Source: an uncultured Gemmatimonadaceae bacterium
GTDB taxonomy: Bacteria > Gemmatimonadota > Gemmatimonadetes > Gemmatimonadales > Gemmatimonadaceae
Direction of reading: 5' to 3'
DNA length: 64,000 bases
NCBI GenBank assembly: GCA_963790305.1
Contig: CAWBOC010000009.1
Location: 320,001 to 384,000 of the forward strand
The notes under the pieces were generated by a model that searched no databases, was not told where the DNA came from, and worked only from the letters and a program-made list of their open reading frames with translations. This document shows positions 39,143 to 51,242 of the stretch, piece by piece. The translations under genes and the position numbers were made by a program. Numbering within the stretch: the first letter of the stretch is position 1; every line of letters begins with the position of its first letter.

Positions 39143-40176
39143 TTCCGCCACAGGAGCAGGAAGAGCAGCGCACCGCCGATGGCGAGCTGCAGCCCGAGCA
39201 TCAACCAGAAGCCTAACGGGTTGTCGGACAATGGAATGTGCCGAAAGTTCATTCCCCACATGCCGCTGACCACGACGAACGGGACGCTGAGGGTCGCGAT
39301 CACCGAAAGGCCCTTGGTCACCACGCCCAGGCGATTGGAGACCTGGGTGAGGTACGCCTCCATCGTACCGCCGAGGAGGTCCCGCTGCGTCTCGAGCCCA
39401 TCGTTGATGCGGAGCACGTGATCGTACACGTCGCGGAAGTAGATCTGCGTCTCGTGCGACAGCAGGGCGTTGGGTCGGTTCGTGAGCAGGTTGAATACCT
39501 CGCGCTGCGGAAAGAGGTGTCGTCGCAATGAGAGAATCAGTCGCTTCACCTGGAGGATGTCCTGCAGCGTGTCCCGCTGGAAGCTGACGAACACACGATC
39601 CTCGAATTGCTCGACCATTCCGTCGATGCGCTCGAGGAGCGGGAAGTACTCGTCGACGGCGGTATCCATGATCAGGTGCAAGAGCCGCTGCGCCCCGCGA
39701 CCGAGCACGTCGGGGCTCCGCTCGAGCACATCCGCGACGATCATGATGCTCCGCGCGCGCTCGCCGTGGACGGTGACGAGGTAGTTGGGCCCGAGGAAGA
39801 AATACAGGTTGAACGTCTCGAGATCGTACGGGTCGGGGGTGTCGTCCTCGAAGCAGACGCCACGCACGATCATGAAGAGGTATCCGTCGTACTCCTCGAG
39901 CTTGACGCGCGATTCCGGGTTGAGCGTGTCTTCGATCGAGAGAGGGTGGAATCCGAAGACCTTCTCGAGAATGGCCAGCTGGTGGCGGTTCCTCGAGTCG
40001 ACGTCCACCCACAGCTGTCCCGCGCCCGAGCGCACGACCTCGGCGAGCTCGCGCGGGCCCAGATCGCGGCGCATCGTGCCGTCGGCATCGCGCAGCCAGC
40101 TGCGCGGGACCTTCCCCTCGACTGCCGTCAGCGGCGCGACGCTCGCCACCGTCATGCCGACCTCGCGTGTGGCCAT
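39133..40176 (-). CDS. corA: CorA magnesium/cobalt transporter
   Basis: FGFHPLSIED, YFRDVYDH, GMWGMNF signature, two C-terminal TM helices. Confidence 0.93.
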   Translation of the reverse strand: MATREVGMTVASVAPLTAVEGKVPRSWLRDADGTMRRDLGPRELAEVVRSGAGQLWVDVDSRNRHQLAILEKVFGFHPLSIEDTLNPESRVKLEEYDGYLFMIVRGVCFEDDTPDPYDLETFNLYFFLGPNYLVTVHGERARSIMIVADVLERSPDVLGRGAQRLLHLIMDTAVDEYFPLLERIDGMVEQFEDRVFVSFQRDTLQDILQVKRLILSLRRHLFPQREVFNLLTNRPNALLSHETQIYFRDVYDHVLRINDGLETQRDLLGGTMEAYLTQVSNRLGVVTKGLSVIATLSVPFVVVSGMWGMNFRHIPLSDNPLGFWLMLGLQLAIGGALLFLLLWRKWL

Positions 40177-40973
40177 TTCACACCCTTGATCAACTGAAAT
40201 CCAATCGCGCGCTCGCGCGACAGCTCGCGGAGCAGCGTCGTTTCGCGCTCGACCGCACTGCGTGCCTCACGCCAGCCCCACACGCGCCAGGCGCGCCCGA
40301 GAATCTGCATCTTTTGCCGCCAATTGAGCACTGGGGCCTGCGTCGCGCTCGCTCCAGTCCAGCGCGCGCCCGAGGCGGAGCCGGTCGTCCAGTCCTGAAC
40401 CTGCACGTCGACGACACCCGCGTCGCGTAGCATCTGCTTCCACTCCACGAGAAGAAAGGGGCGCAGACCGAGCCGCTCGATCAGCAGCTCCCGCGCGCCG
40501 ACGGAAATGTCGGAGCTCCATGTCGGCTGGAGAAGGACGACGGGCCCCATCGGCTTGGTCACGCGCACCAGCTCGGCGACCGCGCGCGCTGGGTCGCCTG
40601 AGGACGAGAGCGCGGGCTCACCGATCGCGATGTCGAACACCGCCGTCTCATAGGGGAGATCATCGAGTGGGGCGCCCTGGTAATGCAGCTGGGGCGCGGT
40701 CTGCAGCGCTCGCGCGCGCGTTTCTGCCCCCTCGATCGCGTCCAGGTCGGGGTCGACACCGGTGACCGATGCCGCCGTCCGAAGTGCCAGCCACTCCGCG
40801 GTGACCCCGTCGCCGCATCCGGAGACGACGATCTCCTTCTTCGGCGCGGCCTCCGTGACCCTCGCAACCTCTCGATAGAGGTCTTCGCCGGTCGCGCGCC
40901 AGCGGCCAAGCACCGCCATCTGGACGAGGCGGAGGACCGCCGGCACCGGCGGGACGCGCGGAGTTGCGCTCAT
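40152..40973 (-). CDS. Class I SAM-dependent methyltransferase
   Basis: SGCGDG, VTGVDPD, DLPYETAVFD, ELVRVTKP. Confidence 0.8.
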   Translation of the reverse strand: MSATPRVPPVPAVLRLVQMAVLGRWRATGEDLYREVARVTEAAPKKEIVVSGCGDGVTAEWLALRTAASVTGVDPDLDAIEGAETRARALQTAPQLHYQGAPLDDLPYETAVFDIAIGEPALSSSGDPARAVAELVRVTKPMGPVVLLQPTWSSDISVGARELLIERLGLRPFLLVEWKQMLRDAGVVDVQVQDWTTGSASGARWTGASATQAPVLNWRQKMQILGRAWRVWGWREARSAVERETTLLRELSRERAIGFQLIKGVKWPHARSA

Positions 40974-41006
40974 GTGGGGCGAAATCTACCCCGGGCGCGC
41001 GGAGAC

Positions 41007-41148
41007 GGGGAGTCAGGGGTCAGGAGTCAGGGGTCAGGGGTGGAAAGGCGCGGCAGCGAAGCTGCCGCGCTCATCTGATGAGGGCCGCACGCGCGAAGCG
41101 CGGCGGCCCCTTTCCACCCCTGACCCCTGACTCCTGACTCCTGACCCC
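41007..41148. repeat. Branched (cloverleaf) palindrome with tandem heptamer arms
   Basis: (GGRGTCA)x4-GGGGTGGAAAG ... CTTTCCACCCC-(TGACYCC)x4 enclosing internal hairpins with GCGAAGC loops. Confidence 0.9.
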
Positions 41149-41152
41149 TACC

Positions 41153-42079
41153 TCAAAGCATTGCTCGCATGTGCTCGACACACGCTTCGGCGAGCCGATC
41201 CGGAGCATAGCCGCCTTCGAGAGCGCTCACCACGCGTCCGCCGCACCACGTGTTCGCCCGCTCGACCAGAAGCCGCGTGAGCGCCGCGACGTGCTCGATC
41301 TCGAGAGTAAACCCGCCCAGCGGATCGTCGCGGAGAGAGTCGAATCCCGCCGAGATCAGGACGATGTCGGGCGTGAACGCTGTCGTGGCGTCGTCGATCG
41401 CCCGCGTGATCGCGTCCACGTACCGCTCGGGCGCAAGCCCGGCCGCCATCGGCACGTTCCACACGTTCCGATGAGGACCCCGATCATCGGCGGCGCCGGT
41501 TCCCGGATACCAGGGCCATTGATGCATGGACACGAAATGGATGTTCGCGTCGCTCTCCACGAGTGCCTGGGTACCGTTGCCGTGGTGAACATCCCAGTCG
41601 ACGATCAGCACGCGGCTCAGCTGGTGACGCCGCTGGGCGTACCGGGCCGCGATGGCGACGTTGCCGAACAGGCAAAAGCCCATCGCGCGGTCGGCGAGGG
41701 CATGGTGGCCAGGGGGACGCACCGCGCAGAATGCACGCTTTCCCGCGTCCGCCATCGCGAAGTCCACACCATTGAGCACGGCTCCCGCGCCCGCTCGTGC
41801 CGCGTCCCACGAGCCCTCGCTTGCGACGGTATCGGCGTCCAGGTGGCCTCCACCGGTGCGCGCCACCTCGCGGACCTGCTCGATGTAGGCGCGAGCATGC
41901 ATGAGCGCGATCTCGTCCTCCGTCGCGTGGCGCGCCTCGATGTGCTCGAGGGCGGTGAGCACGTCCGGATGGTCGCGGAGTGCCTTCGTGATTGCTCGGA
42001 TGCGACCCACGTGCTCGGGATGGCCCCAACCTGTGTCGTGGCGTCCGCAGTCCGAGTGCGAGATGAAGGCGACGCTCAT
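41153..42079 (-). CDS. Histone-deacetylase-family (Zn-dependent) amidohydrolase
   Basis: [41 protein letters not shown]. Confidence 0.95.
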   Translation of the reverse strand: MSVAFISHSDCGRHDTGWGHPEHVGRIRAITKALRDHPDVLTALEHIEARHATEDEIALMHARAYIEQVREVARTGGGHLDADTVASEGSWDAARAGAGAVLNGVDFAMADAGKRAFCAVRPPGHHALADRAMGFCLFGNVAIAARYAQRRHQLSRVLIVDWDVHHGNGTQALVESDANIHFVSMHQWPWYPGTGAADDRGPHRNVWNVPMAAGLAPERYVDAITRAIDDATTAFTPDIVLISAGFDSLRDDPLGGFTLEIEHVAALTRLLVERANTWCGGRVVSALEGGYAPDRLAEACVEHMRAML

Positions 42080-43368
42080 GGCGCGCCCCGCAGTCGCCGG
42101 GATGCCAGCTCCGCGAGCAGAAGCAGGCTGAGCAGCGTGAACAGCAACAGTGGCGACGGCAGCCCGCGCGCCCGCGCGCTCGCCTCGGCTGTGGTCGAGC
42201 TCGAGGGACCGAGCGCCTCGACGAGACGCGCGAGCGGGGCGTCGTCGTCAGCCGCATCCCGCCGGATCGGGACGGCTGCACGATAGGCAACGCTCGAGAC
42301 CAGCGCGCTCCACCAGCTCCGATGGGCGTCGAGTGCCTGCGCTCCTCCGGCGAGTCGCCAGCGCCAGGTCTCATCGTACCCAAGCTGGACGACGCGTCCG
42401 GCGTCCACGCGTCGAGCCGCCGCGGCCACCCGCCCGTCGCGCTCCTCGAGCGGAACCGCATCATCCCGGGTGGCGATGGCGAGAAAGCCGAGCGCACGGC
42501 GAGGCCTGTCGTCTGCGAACGCCATGGACGCCGCACGGATTCGTGCTCCCGCCCGGCCGACCGAAATCTCGGTCAGGGACGAGGCGTTCGCGGTTGTGCC
42601 GGAGAGAACGGCTCCACCACCAGACCGCACATAACGAGCGACTGCGGCCGCGGTGCTGGCCGACGGGACATCGAGCACCACGACTGCCGCATGCCGCGCC
42701 GTGTCCGGGGAACGCGCCACGCCCTGCGTAACCTCGATGCCCGGGGCGACGGAGAGGCGCGCGTCCACCGGCCACCCCGCTTCCTCGAGCGCCGCAATGA
42801 CGAATTTTGCCTCCCAGGTCGCGCGGCCCAGCACCAGGACGCGCCGGGCCATTACGCTGTCGTGCGAGCTCGCAGTCGCGAGGTGCTCGCCAACCCCTGC
42901 GGTGAGCGCCCCCGTGGTGATGGGTGCTATTACCCTTGCTCCGCCGGCGGCGGCGACCACGGTGTCGATGGGAGCCAGGGCGTCTCCGACGGCGATTCGC
43001 GAGCCCGGTGGCGCGGCAATCCAGAGCACCGTTCCGCCCCGCGGATTGGCGACGGAGGCAGCCTCGAGCGCCACGGGAGGAATGTCATCCCCTCTCCACG
43101 TCAGTGGCGTCCCAGCACGCCGGATCGCGCGAAGCCAATCGCGCGCCACGGGTGAGGGCGCACCATCGAGCGTGAGGTGAGCGCGTGGAGGCCCGGTGGC
43201 CGTCCAGCGAGCGAGCGCTTCTGTCAGATGCGCAGTGTCGGAGGTCTCCGATGCGCGCTCGGCCGGTGGACGCATGGCGATCCACAGCGCCACGGCCAGC
43301 GAGAGCAGCGAGAGCGCGCGGAGCCCGCGCTCGATCGCTATGCGGGCTTGCTTACCGCGTGAGGGCAT
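42076..43368 (-). CDS. Membrane-anchored hypothetical protein of the MoxR operon
   Basis: N- and C-terminal TM helices; ETWRWR; ends [16 protein letters not shown]. Confidence 0.7.
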   Translation of the reverse strand: MPSRGKQARIAIERGLRALSLLSLAVALWIAMRPPAERASETSDTAHLTEALARWTATGPPRAHLTLDGAPSPVARDWLRAIRRAGTPLTWRGDDIPPVALEAASVANPRGGTVLWIAAPPGSRIAVGDALAPIDTVVAAAGGARVIAPITTGALTAGVGEHLATASSHDSVMARRVLVLGRATWEAKFVIAALEEAGWPVDARLSVAPGIEVTQGVARSPDTARHAAVVVLDVPSASTAAAVARYVRSGGGAVLSGTTANASSLTEISVGRAGARIRAASMAFADDRPRRALGFLAIATRDDAVPLEERDGRVAAAARRVDAGRVVQLGYDETWRWRLAGGAQALDAHRSWWSALVSSVAYRAAVPIRRDAADDDAPLARLVEALGPSSSTTAEASARARGLPSPLLLFTLLSLLLLAELASRRLRGAP

Positions 43369-43978
43369 ACACCACCACGTTCACGGCGAACTTCGTGTTG
43401 TCCACCGCGAGAAAGCGCTTGTTGTCAGGATGGTATCCCCACTCCGAGGAATAGTCCTTGTTGCTGTAGAGGACGGCGAGGCGCCCATCGCGGATGACTC
43501 CCTGAAGGTGCTTGTGCACCAGGTTGTCTCCCCACCCGTTGAGCTCGTGGGCAGTGGTCGGTGGGCCGTCCGCGAAGTGAAAGAACGCACGATAGAGTGG
43601 ATGATCGTTGGGAAGCTCCACGAGCGGCGCCACGGAGCGCGCGATCTCCTCGGTCGCCGTCTTGTGAAACGCGCCGTCGATATCGTGGTTGTGATCGTCG
43701 ATGAAGAGGAATCCGCCACGTCGAATGAACTCGGAGACGTTGGCGCGCTCCGCGGCGGTAAACCGCACCGGCAGGTGGCCGGTCAGATACATCATCGGGT
43801 GCCGGAAGATATCGCGCGACGACAGGGCGACGATGGCACCGGTAGGCGCGACATCGATCGACGTGTAGCGTGCGATCGAGTCGATGACATTGGCCGGCAC
43901 CAGCGGGGCGCTGTCCCAGTCACCCGACTCGTACTGCGCCGTGGCGAAGACGAACTCGCTCACCAGGGGCCTCCCCAC
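43352..43978 (-). CDS. DUF4159 family protein
   Basis: [55 protein letters not shown]. Confidence 0.85.
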   Translation of the reverse strand: MGRPLVSEFVFATAQYESGDWDSAPLVPANVIDSIARYTSIDVAPTGAIVALSSRDIFRHPMMYLTGHLPVRFTAAERANVSEFIRRGGFLFIDDHNHDIDGAFHKTATEEIARSVAPLVELPNDHPLYRAFFHFADGPPTTAHELNGWGDNLVHKHLQGVIRDGRLAVLYSNKDYSSEWGYHPDNKRFLAVDNTKFAVNVVVYALTR

Positions 43979-46021
43979 GACCGCATCGTGGTGTCGCTCC
44001 GCGGCGCCCCGGCGAGAACGGTACGCGCATTCGCGAGCGGCCGAGCAAGGTCGGTTCCCGCGCGCAGGGCCGCAATGACCTCGCCTAACGCCGCGGCACC
44101 GCCAGGCGATGCGACCAGCACATCAATGCGCAGGAGCATGAGGGAGTCGATCGCAGCCTGCCGGTCTTGAGCGATGAGCACAGCCGATTGCGCGAGCCGC
44201 TGAGCGGGGGGCATCCCTTCCTGCCGGGCAAGCGGTGCACGCGTCGCCGGAGGAAGCGAGTCCCGTTTGCCGGCCAGTCGGGCACGATTGACGTCCACCA
44301 CCACTGCCGCCGGTCGCCCCCGCAGATACACCCGCTCGGCCTGGCGAGCCCGCTCGATCGCGGCGAGCGCGGCGTACATGTGCGGCAGCGCGCGGCGCGG
44401 CGCTCCCACATTGAGCTCCGATCCGGCGGACCACATTGCGTTGTACGCCTCGAGCAACGGCCGATTGATCGCCACGACCGGGCTTTCCCCCTCGGCGAAG
44501 TCCAGGACCTCCCCCGCCCCGTGCTCGGTTGCCTCCTCGGCGGCGCGCAAGAGCTCCTCCGCGGTCATTTGCCCTCGGCGCTCCTCCTCTTCGTGCGAAT
44601 GCTCCGCCCCTTCCTCCCCCGTTAGGCGACTGAAGATGATCTCCCCGACCCGGCGGCGAAGCCGTGCCTGGTCGTCCCCAATCGCGCGTGATTCACGAAC
44701 GAGCGTGTCTCGCGGCAACCGCGGCTCGCGTTGGACCAACGCCTCGGTGAGGAGAATGAGCATTCGCTGGCTGATCGCCGCCGTGTCCCCTTCGGGTGGC
44801 GGGGCGCCTTCGACGGCGACCGAGTCGTACTCGCCGAGACGCGCGATGCGTATGACGCGCGTTTCCGATGCGCCGGTGCCGGCGTCACGCGCAGGGTTGC
44901 GATCGCGCGCGACCAACCGCATGTGAACGACATCGCCGGGCACGAGGCGAAGCGAGTCGATGACGACCGCCGTCTCGATCGTGGTCTGTCGGGCACCGTC
45001 GTGCGCGCGTCGCGCGAGTACGCCCGAGCGGAAGCGAAAGCTCTCGCCCTGTCCGCTGCTGACGATGTACTCGAGCCAGCTGGAGGCCAGCCCGAGCCCG
45101 TCACGCGCCTCGCCGCGGACGGCGATGCGGCCCGTTGGCGTGCGTAGAATGGTGTCGCGCGCGGGCGTCACCATCGCGACGACCGGCGCGGAGTCGGGCC
45201 GCGCGTCGAGAACGATCAGGCGATCGAACTCGCGGTCGCGCAATCGGAGCGCGCTCGATGTCGCCGGCATGGTGAGAACGAGCTGCCACCTCGCCCCACG
45301 CGCGGTCGCGGAGAGCTCGGCGTTCCCGAGCGCGGCAACAATGCCGTCGCCGTCGCCCCGACCCTCCAGCTCAATGCGACTCCCGACAAGCGCTTCAATG
45401 GTGTGCGGCTCGTCGACGCTCGTCGTTCCGAGACTCGTATACGCGGGAGGGGATGACGCGCGCGGCAAGGGGCGTCAGACGATTCGCCTGGCGCGCGAGC
45501 CCGATCGCCGGGCGATCGACGGCGTCTCCCGCCCGCGGATCTCGAACACGCGCAATGACCCCGCGCGGCAGCGCGAGAAGCATCCCCGCTGCCAGGGCAA
45601 ATGCGACCAGCGGCGGAATCGCGGCCCGTGACACCGCCCGCGGCAAGATCGCCGACTCCCACCGGTGACGGTCGATCTCGCGCTCGAGGAGCGGGGAGGC
45701 GCGCGCCGCCTCCGCCTCCAGCGACGTGACCAGGGCGTACTGAAGCGACGGCACTCGCTCCTCGATCCAGAGCGCGGTGGCCGCGAGTGAACGGACTCGT
45801 CGCGCTCGCCAGAGAAGCGCGAGCCCGATGACTGCTGCCGTTGTCACGGCGATTGGAATCGCCAGCTGTCGAAGCTCACGGGGCAGTCCTATGACCAGAT
45901 CGAGCAACGCGACGACGCCGATGACCGCCACGCCGGCAGCCGCTGCCCATAGGACGGCGCGGACGAGGACCGCCGCCATGAGGACGAAGCGGGTACGGCG
46001 CACACGCTGATGCGGCGTCAC
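43960..46021 (-). CDS. DUF4175-like membrane protein; frameshift near 45450
   Basis: ALWIEERVPSLQYALVT and TM helices in ORF 45395-46216 join ORF 43960-45468 at RVIP/PAYTSLG, at a G4 run. Confidence 0.7.
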
Positions 46022-47271
46022 GTTGCTACCGCGCGCCGCCGCACGCCGAGCTCGAGGATGAGTAGCAACGCCCCCGCAGCGAGGAGCCACGGTGTCGCCT
46101 GGCTGCGCGCCAGTCCAGGCCGCGCAACTGCGGATGTAGCGAGCAAGGCTCCAGCACCACGCAGCGAATTCAGTTGCATCGCGTCGAGCTCGGTGCGTGC
46201 CTCCCCTTTTTCGCACGCCGTCGCGACGAACGCCAGCAACCTGCGCGCGCTTTCGCGCAAGGGGGCGTCACCCGCTGAGGGAAAATCGAACGCGACGTCG
46301 CGGATGCATCCCTGGCGATGCTCGCGCTCGATGATGGCAGGTGCCCCGTCGGCGAAACGCGCGACGACCCGACCGGCGCTGGCATCGACCGCGCGCCTGA
46401 CGAGAGCCGCCGCCAGGACGACCTCGTGCGCGACGACGCCCTCCGCGGTCAGCGAATCCGAGTCGGTCGCTCGCGGCCAGTGGACCAGCACGCGCCCGGC
46501 GCCGCTGCCCCACGCAGAATCCGCAGCGGACGCTCCGCTTCGAACGATTCGAGTGAGAGCTGTACTCCCACTCAGGAAGGGGGCGGCAGCGGCGCTCACC
46601 GGATCCGACCGGGGGGCCCGCACGTCGATCGTGCGTGCCGCGGAGTCACCACGGGCCAACGGAAGGATGACCAGGCGCGCGCGTCCACCCCACCGCGCGC
46701 GCAGCACGAGGGTCGCTTCGTCCCACGCGTTGCCCGCGAATGGTGAGACAATGATGAGCTCAATGGAATCCGCACGATCTTGCAGCGCCGCTGCGGCCCG
46801 TTCCGCGGCGATCAACGCCGGGCTGAGCGACGCTGGCGCGCCCAATGCTGCAAGTGCCGCAGCCGTGTCGCGCACGTTGGTCGTGATCACGCGAACCAAC
46901 GTATCGAACGCGACGAGGATGTCGCCGTCGCGCACAACGGCGAGCACCGAGTCGCGCATCGCACGCTCATCGGCGACCGCGCGGGACCGGTCTACCAGCA
47001 CGATTCGGCTCGTGATTGCTCGATCAGGCTCGCGCACGGGACCCGCGAACGCCGCCGCGACGGCGACGATCGCCATCACACGCAGCGCGAGCAGCAGCCA
47101 GTCGGTCGGCCTCGGCGCTGGCGATGGCCAGCGCGCTGGGCGATCGGGAACGAACCGTGCCGTCGGCAGCACCGCGGGGCGCGGCCGTCGCCGCGCGAGG
47201 AAGTGAAGCAGCACGATGGCACCGGCGACCGCGGCGCCGGCGGCGAGGAAAATCGGGGCGAGGAATGTCAC
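46018..47271 (-). CDS. BatA N-terminal domain / vWA-like protein
   Basis: MTFLAPIFL...VLLHFLARRRP...WLLLALR...FAGP; IVLVDRS; C-terminal TM. Confidence 0.8.
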   Translation of the reverse strand: MTFLAPIFLAAGAAVAGAIVLLHFLARRRPRPAVLPTARFVPDRPARWPSPAPRPTDWLLLALRVMAIVAVAAAFAGPVREPDRAITSRIVLVDRSRAVADERAMRDSVLAVVRDGDILVAFDTLVRVITTNVRDTAAALAALGAPASLSPALIAAERAAAALQDRADSIELIIVSPFAGNAWDEATLVLRARWGGRARLVILPLARGDSAARTIDVRAPRSDPVSAAAAPFLSGSTALTRIVRSGASAADSAWGSGAGRVLVHWPRATDSDSLTAEGVVAHEVVLAAALVRRAVDASAGRVVARFADGAPAIIEREHRQGCIRDVAFDFPSAGDAPLRESARRLLAFVATACEKGEARTELDAMQLNSLRGAGALLATSAVARPGLARSQATPWLLAAGALLLILELGVRRRAVAT

Positions 47272-48149
47272 GCCTCGCTCTCCCCTTCCCGCTCTCCGCG
47301 GGCAATGCGACGAACGACTCGATCGACGGGTTCATCCGTCACCGTCATTTCGTACTGCGCACCCGCCGCGCGCCACTCGCGCGCAAGCCACTCTCGCCAG
47401 TCCGCGAACTCGCGCATGTATGCACCGGCGGTCTCTGGCGTCAATGCGCGTTTGATCTCGACCGCCTCGGGATCGGTCGCGAGAATGGCGTCCGTCGATG
47501 GGGACAGCTCCTCCCGTGCCACGATGTGAATCGCGACCACCTCGCCGCCCTCACCGAGAAGCGCACGGGCAGGTCGGAGCAATGACGAGAGGTCACCAAG
47601 GAAGTCCGAGATCACCACCAGCCGACGCGCCGAGTGCGCTTCGTGCATGGCGGCTCCAAGATCGACGTGTCCCTGAGGGGTCGCCGCATCGAGCACGCGC
47701 GCGCAGTCAGTCACCACACCCCGCCGCGTGCGAGGCGCCGTCCTGATCGTTCCGTGCGCCGTCACCACCGCGACCGCCACCGGGTCACCGCTGGCGTGCG
47801 CGATGCTCGTGAGCCCGATCGCCAGCCGTCGCGCGTGGCTCCACTTGCCTAACGACCGCTCCGGGAACGCCATCGACGCGGATGCGTCGACGAGGAGCAG
47901 CGTCGAAAGCGTCGCCCGATCGCTGGTGATGCGGAGGTAGGCGCGGTTCGTCCGGGCGAGCAAGCGCCAGTCGAGCCGGCGCGGATCGTCGCCCTGCCGA
48001 TACGGGCGATACTCCGTGAACTCGGGCGAGACGCCGCGCAGCCGCGACCGATGCGTCCCACTGGTGCTGCTCCGCGCGACACGCCGTGCGGGCCATGTCA
48101 CCCCACGCAGGGCATCGAGCAGCTCACCGTAGCCCGCCGCCCCGCTCAT
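47268..48149 (-). CDS. DUF58 family protein
   Basis: GTHRSRLRG, EFTEYRPYRQGDDPRRLDWR, VDASASM, VVISDF. Confidence 0.92.
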   Translation of the reverse strand: MSGAAGYGELLDALRGVTWPARRVARSSTSGTHRSRLRGVSPEFTEYRPYRQGDDPRRLDWRLLARTNRAYLRITSDRATLSTLLLVDASASMAFPERSLGKWSHARRLAIGLTSIAHASGDPVAVAVVTAHGTIRTAPRTRRGVVTDCARVLDAATPQGHVDLGAAMHEAHSARRLVVISDFLGDLSSLLRPARALLGEGGEVVAIHIVAREELSPSTDAILATDPEAVEIKRALTPETAGAYMREFADWREWLAREWRAAGAQYEMTVTDEPVDRVVRRIARGEREGESEA

Positions 48150-48150
48150 G

Positions 48151-49185
48151 TCAGAGCGGAACCTGGCTCCGCGGCGGCGAGACGCGGGCGAGCACCTCAT
48201 CGATCACCCGCTCGGCGGTGATCCCTTCCGCCTCGCCCGCGAACGACGGCAGCACGCGGTGGCGTAATACCGGACGAGCGACGCGGCGAATGTCGTCAGG
48301 CGAAACCGCCGCGCGGCCGGCGAGGAGCGCGTGCGCTTTCGCACCGAGGATGAGAGCCTGTCCCGCCCGCGGGCCGGCGCCCCAGCGCACCGCGCGCTTC
48401 ACCAGGTCGGGAGCCGTCGGATCGTCCGGTCGCGTCGCGCGCGCAAGCGCGGCGGCGTATCGCAGCGCCGGGTCCGAAGCGGGGACCTCGCGCACCAAAC
48501 GCTGCACCGCGATCGTTCCCTCGCCGTCGAGCACGGCCGACAGCGGCGGTGGCGCGCTCCCGGTGGTGGCGCGAAGAATGGACACCTCGTCTTCTTCCGC
48601 TGGATATCCGATGCGGATGTCGAAGAGAAAGCGATCGAGCTGCGCCTCGGGAAGTGGGTACGTGCCTTCCTGCTCGATCGGGTTCTGCGTCGCGAGCACG
48701 AAGAACGGCTCCGGCAGCCGCATCGTCTCCCCCGCCGCCGTGACGCTGTGCTCCTGCATCGCCTCCAGCAGCGCGGCCTGCGTGCGCGGCGGGGTGCGAT
48801 TGATCTCGTCGGCAAGCACGATGTTGGCGAAGATCGGTCCGTGGACGAAGCGAAACGAGCGAGCGCCCGTCGCGCTGTCCTCTTCCATGATCTCCGTCCC
48901 GGTGATGTCGCTCGGAACCAGGTCCGGCGTGAACTGAATGCGATGAAAATCGAGTCGCATTGCTTCGGCGATCGACCGGATCATGAGCGTCTTCGCGAGG
49001 CCCGGAACGCCCACGAGCAGCGCGTGCCCACCGGCCATGATCGCCATGAGGATCTCGTCCAGCACCGCGTGCTGGCCGACGATACGCCGAGCGACTTCCT
49101 CGCGGAGGCGCGCGACCGAAGCGACGACCGCCTCACGATCAGCGGCGTCCGCGGGCCGATCCCGACGCTGCACGACGGTGCTCAC
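48151..49185 (-). CDS. moxR: MoxR-family AAA+ ATPase
   Basis: GVPGLAKT, RIQFTPDLVPSDITG, LADEINRTPPRTQAALLEAMQE, ATQNPIEQEGTYPLPEAQLDRF. Confidence 0.95.
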   Translation of the reverse strand: MSTVVQRRDRPADAADREAVVASVARLREEVARRIVGQHAVLDEILMAIMAGGHALLVGVPGLAKTLMIRSIAEAMRLDFHRIQFTPDLVPSDITGTEIMEEDSATGARSFRFVHGPIFANIVLADEINRTPPRTQAALLEAMQEHSVTAAGETMRLPEPFFVLATQNPIEQEGTYPLPEAQLDRFLFDIRIGYPAEEDEVSILRATTGSAPPPLSAVLDGEGTIAVQRLVREVPASDPALRYAAALARATRPDDPTAPDLVKRAVRWGAGPRAGQALILGAKAHALLAGRAAVSPDDIRRVARPVLRHRVLPSFAGEAEGITAERVIDEVLARVSPPRSQVPL

Positions 49186-49505
49186 CGCACGGGGCGTCGG
49201 CGCCGGTGGGTCAGGAGGAAGATCGAGCCATCGATCGCTCCCGCGTGCTCGACCGAGGCACGCTCATCAAGAACCTCGAATCCCCGGAGCTTGATGACGT
49301 ATGCATCCGGATTCGCGCGCGCGTTGAGCGCGTGCAGGGCGGCCTTCTTCACCTCGTCGACAGTGGCGTCAGGCGCGGCTACGACGCGAACGACATCCCA
49401 CAACTCCGGAATCTCGACGCGAAGCGTGAGAGCCCTGCCGTCCTTCCGTCCGACGTGTACGGCGTCACGACGCGTGCGCAGCCCGGTGACAAACGGCGCC
49501 GTCAC
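49182..49505 (-). CDS. Small protein with a probable ubiquitin-like (beta-grasp, YukD/EsaB-like) fold
   Basis: LTLRVEI...VRVVAAPDATVDEVKKAAL...YVIKLRGFEVLDERASVEHAGAIDGSIFLL follows the ubiquitin strand/helix pattern; GTGA overlaps on both sides. Confidence 0.6.
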   Translation of the reverse strand: MTAPFVTGLRTRRDAVHVGRKDGRALTLRVEIPELWDVVRVVAAPDATVDEVKKAALHALNARANPDAYVIKLRGFEVLDERASVEHAGAIDGSIFLLTHRRRRPVR

Positions 49506-49783
49506 GCGACTGCCGCCTTGGGTGCCGGCAGTGGAGGCAACATTGCGAAAAACCGCTGCGCCTGCATGTCGAACAGGTACGTCGACGCGCGCACCGCGGT
49601 GCCCCCTTCGACGGGCGCCACCCCGATCACGAGCTCCTCGCCTCCCTGTCCGCGAAAGGTGGCGAACGTGTCGCCCTCTTTCTCGAGAAAGGCCGCGTAG
49701 ATCGGATTGCGGCGGGCGAAGAAGGACTTGGCCTTCGCCAGGACATCCGCGGGAGAGAGGCCAGTCTGGTATTCGAGGACCAT
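49502..49783 (-). CDS. Hypothetical protein (93 aa)
   Basis: MVLEYQTGLSPADVLAKAKSFF...; coupled to the ubiquitin-like gene. Confidence 0.7.
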   Translation of the reverse strand: MVLEYQTGLSPADVLAKAKSFFARRNPIYAAFLEKEGDTFATFRGQGGEELVIGVAPVEGGTAVRASTYLFDMQAQRFFAMLPPLPAPKAAVA

Positions 49784-49818
49784 CGCTCTGTTGTTGAGAT
49801 GAAAATGGAGCCCCGAGC

Positions 49819-51165
<1,347 letters not shown>

Positions 51166-51242
51166 GCCCGAAATCTACCGGCGGCGCCGCACTGGCGGCT
51201 AGGGCAGCGTTCTCGAGTGGGCCACCTGCGGGTCCAAGACGG

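Noticed and set aside
41043..41115. Hammerhead-ribozyme-like words (GAAA, stem, UC, CUGAUGA, stem)
   Set aside because: There is no room for stem I between UC and CUGAUGA, and the stem after CUGAUGA is followed by CTTT rather than GAAA. CTGATGA is explained as half of the CTCATC-T-GATGAG dyad.
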